From an uncultured Syntrophaceae bacterium (lineage in GTDB: Bacteria > Desulfobacterota > Syntrophia > Syntrophales > UBA2192), in the NCBI GenBank assembly GCA_964628025.1, contig CAZVLL010000006.1:946-64945 (forward strand): 64,000 nt of DNA. The letters are read 5' to 3'. The translations under genes were made by a program, and so were the position numbers. Every line of letters begins with the position of its first letter. The stretch's first letter is position 1. The notes below the pieces were generated by a model that saw only the letters and a list, made by a program, of their open reading frames with translations, had not been told where the DNA came from and made no database searches. Positions 63,421-64,000 of the stretch are shown piece after piece.

Positions 63421-64000
63421 CTAGGTCCGGCGCCGGAGAGCCGGGATTTCTGCAACAAAGTCCTGGATGGCCTTCATATACTCGGAGATGCCTACCATGA
63501 AGATGCTGTTGTGGTCCGCGTCGCGGATCTGGAGGAGTTTTTTTGTCCCGGATCGGGAAGCCCTGTAGAGATCTTCCCCGTCTGTGAAGGGAAGGACGTT
63601 GTCGAATTCTGCGTGAATAACCAGCGTCGGTCTCTCGAACCGGCCGATTTTTTCGATGTGGCGGAACGCTTCGCTCTCGGTGATCCCGGATCGCTTCATG
63701 TCTATCCCGACGAGATTCAGGAGGGTCTGGGAGTGGGCAAACCCGCTTTCGATGATCAGTCCGTCGATGTCGTCGGGGTAACTTTCGGCCAGCTCGAGGG
63801 CAGATGCGCTTCCCAGTGAGCGTCCCATGACGAGGAAGGGACCGAAGCAGCCGTTGAGGGTCATCCATTTTCTGGTGTAGTCGAAAACGACGTGTGCGTC
63901 GCGCAGCATGGCGCTCACTGACGGCTGGCCTGTTGAGTGGCCGTACCCCCTGTAATCGACGGGCAGGAAATTGAGGTTGAGGCGTGAATAAAGGGAAGCG
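63421..64000 (-). CDS. alpha/beta hydrolase, 5'-truncated by the window edge
   Basis: The frame stays open upstream of the track start to base 64000 (...NLNFLPVDYRGYGHSTGQPS). Nucleophile elbow G-R-S-L-G; later D and H contexts (FDNVLP, DADHNS). Confidence 0.75.
   Translation of the reverse strand, partial: ASLYSRLNLNFLPVDYRGYGHSTGQPSVSAMLRDAHVVFDYTRKWMTLNGCFGPFLVMGRSLGSASALELAESYPDDIDGLIIESGFAHSQTLLNLVGIDMKRSGITESEAFRHIEKIGRFERPTLVIHAEFDNVLPFTDGEDLYRASRSGTKKLLQIRDADHNSIFMVGISEYMKAIQDFVAEIPALRRRT

Overview
Densely coding, GC-rich chromosomal window (about 60% GC by eye). It contains no rRNA, CRISPR array, transposase or integrase. The gene content suggests an anaerobic Desulfobacterota/deltaproteobacteria-like organism; this is inference only, based on Hdr-like genes, a multihaem cytochrome, apparent selenocysteine use and an N-type ATPase.

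Gene content, left to right:
- GH63-like and GH13 glycosidases.
- A membrane protein, an outer-membrane (OM) channel and an octahaem cytochrome fused to HEAT and TPR repeats.
- Several envelope gene pairs: DUF2254 with an OM barrel; an OM barrel with a lipoprotein; a tandem-repeat periplasmic protein.
- A Pct-type CoA-transferase with an AspT/YidE-type transporter.
- Patatin, a BASS transporter, a glycine-zipper/DUF3300/DUF2950 trio, NDH-2, a YiiX-like amidase and an AI-2E transporter.
- A 3xPAS-LuxR regulator.
- Two RsbR-N-like paralogues, then a complete nine-gene N-type F1Fo ATPase operon (atpDCQRBEFAG), then two Cys-rich cytidylate-kinase-like paralogues.
- On the minus strand, a hdrC-hdrB-hdrA-hdrC-hdrB array preceded by two MtaD-like amidohydrolases.
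- tRNA-Leu(UAA) followed by a low-GC islet.
- A large two-component / c-di-GMP signalling island: PAS5-HK-REC, REC-HK, two REC-HD-GYP, HDOD and REC-PAS.
- A secreted caspase module: DUF4384, a glycine-zipper lipoprotein, BON-caspase and a TPR lipoprotein.
- A lytic transglycosylase, a J-domain-REC fusion and a truncated alpha/beta hydrolase.

Most noteworthy findings:
1. A rhodanese gene is split by an in-frame UGA, followed by an fdhF-like SECIS hairpin. It is probably a selenoprotein that the ORF track misses.
2. The N-ATPase operon has sensor-like genes upstream, degenerate P-loop genes downstream, and an internal (AGGG)n G-quadruplex-type tract.
3. The Hdr array has an sHdr-like layout but no sulfur-carrier genes.
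4. The periplasmic caspase module sits behind a near-consensus sigma70 promoter.
5. A REC module is duplicated at near-identical nucleotide level and fused to different outputs.

All family assignments come from motif recognition by eye. No database searches were run.
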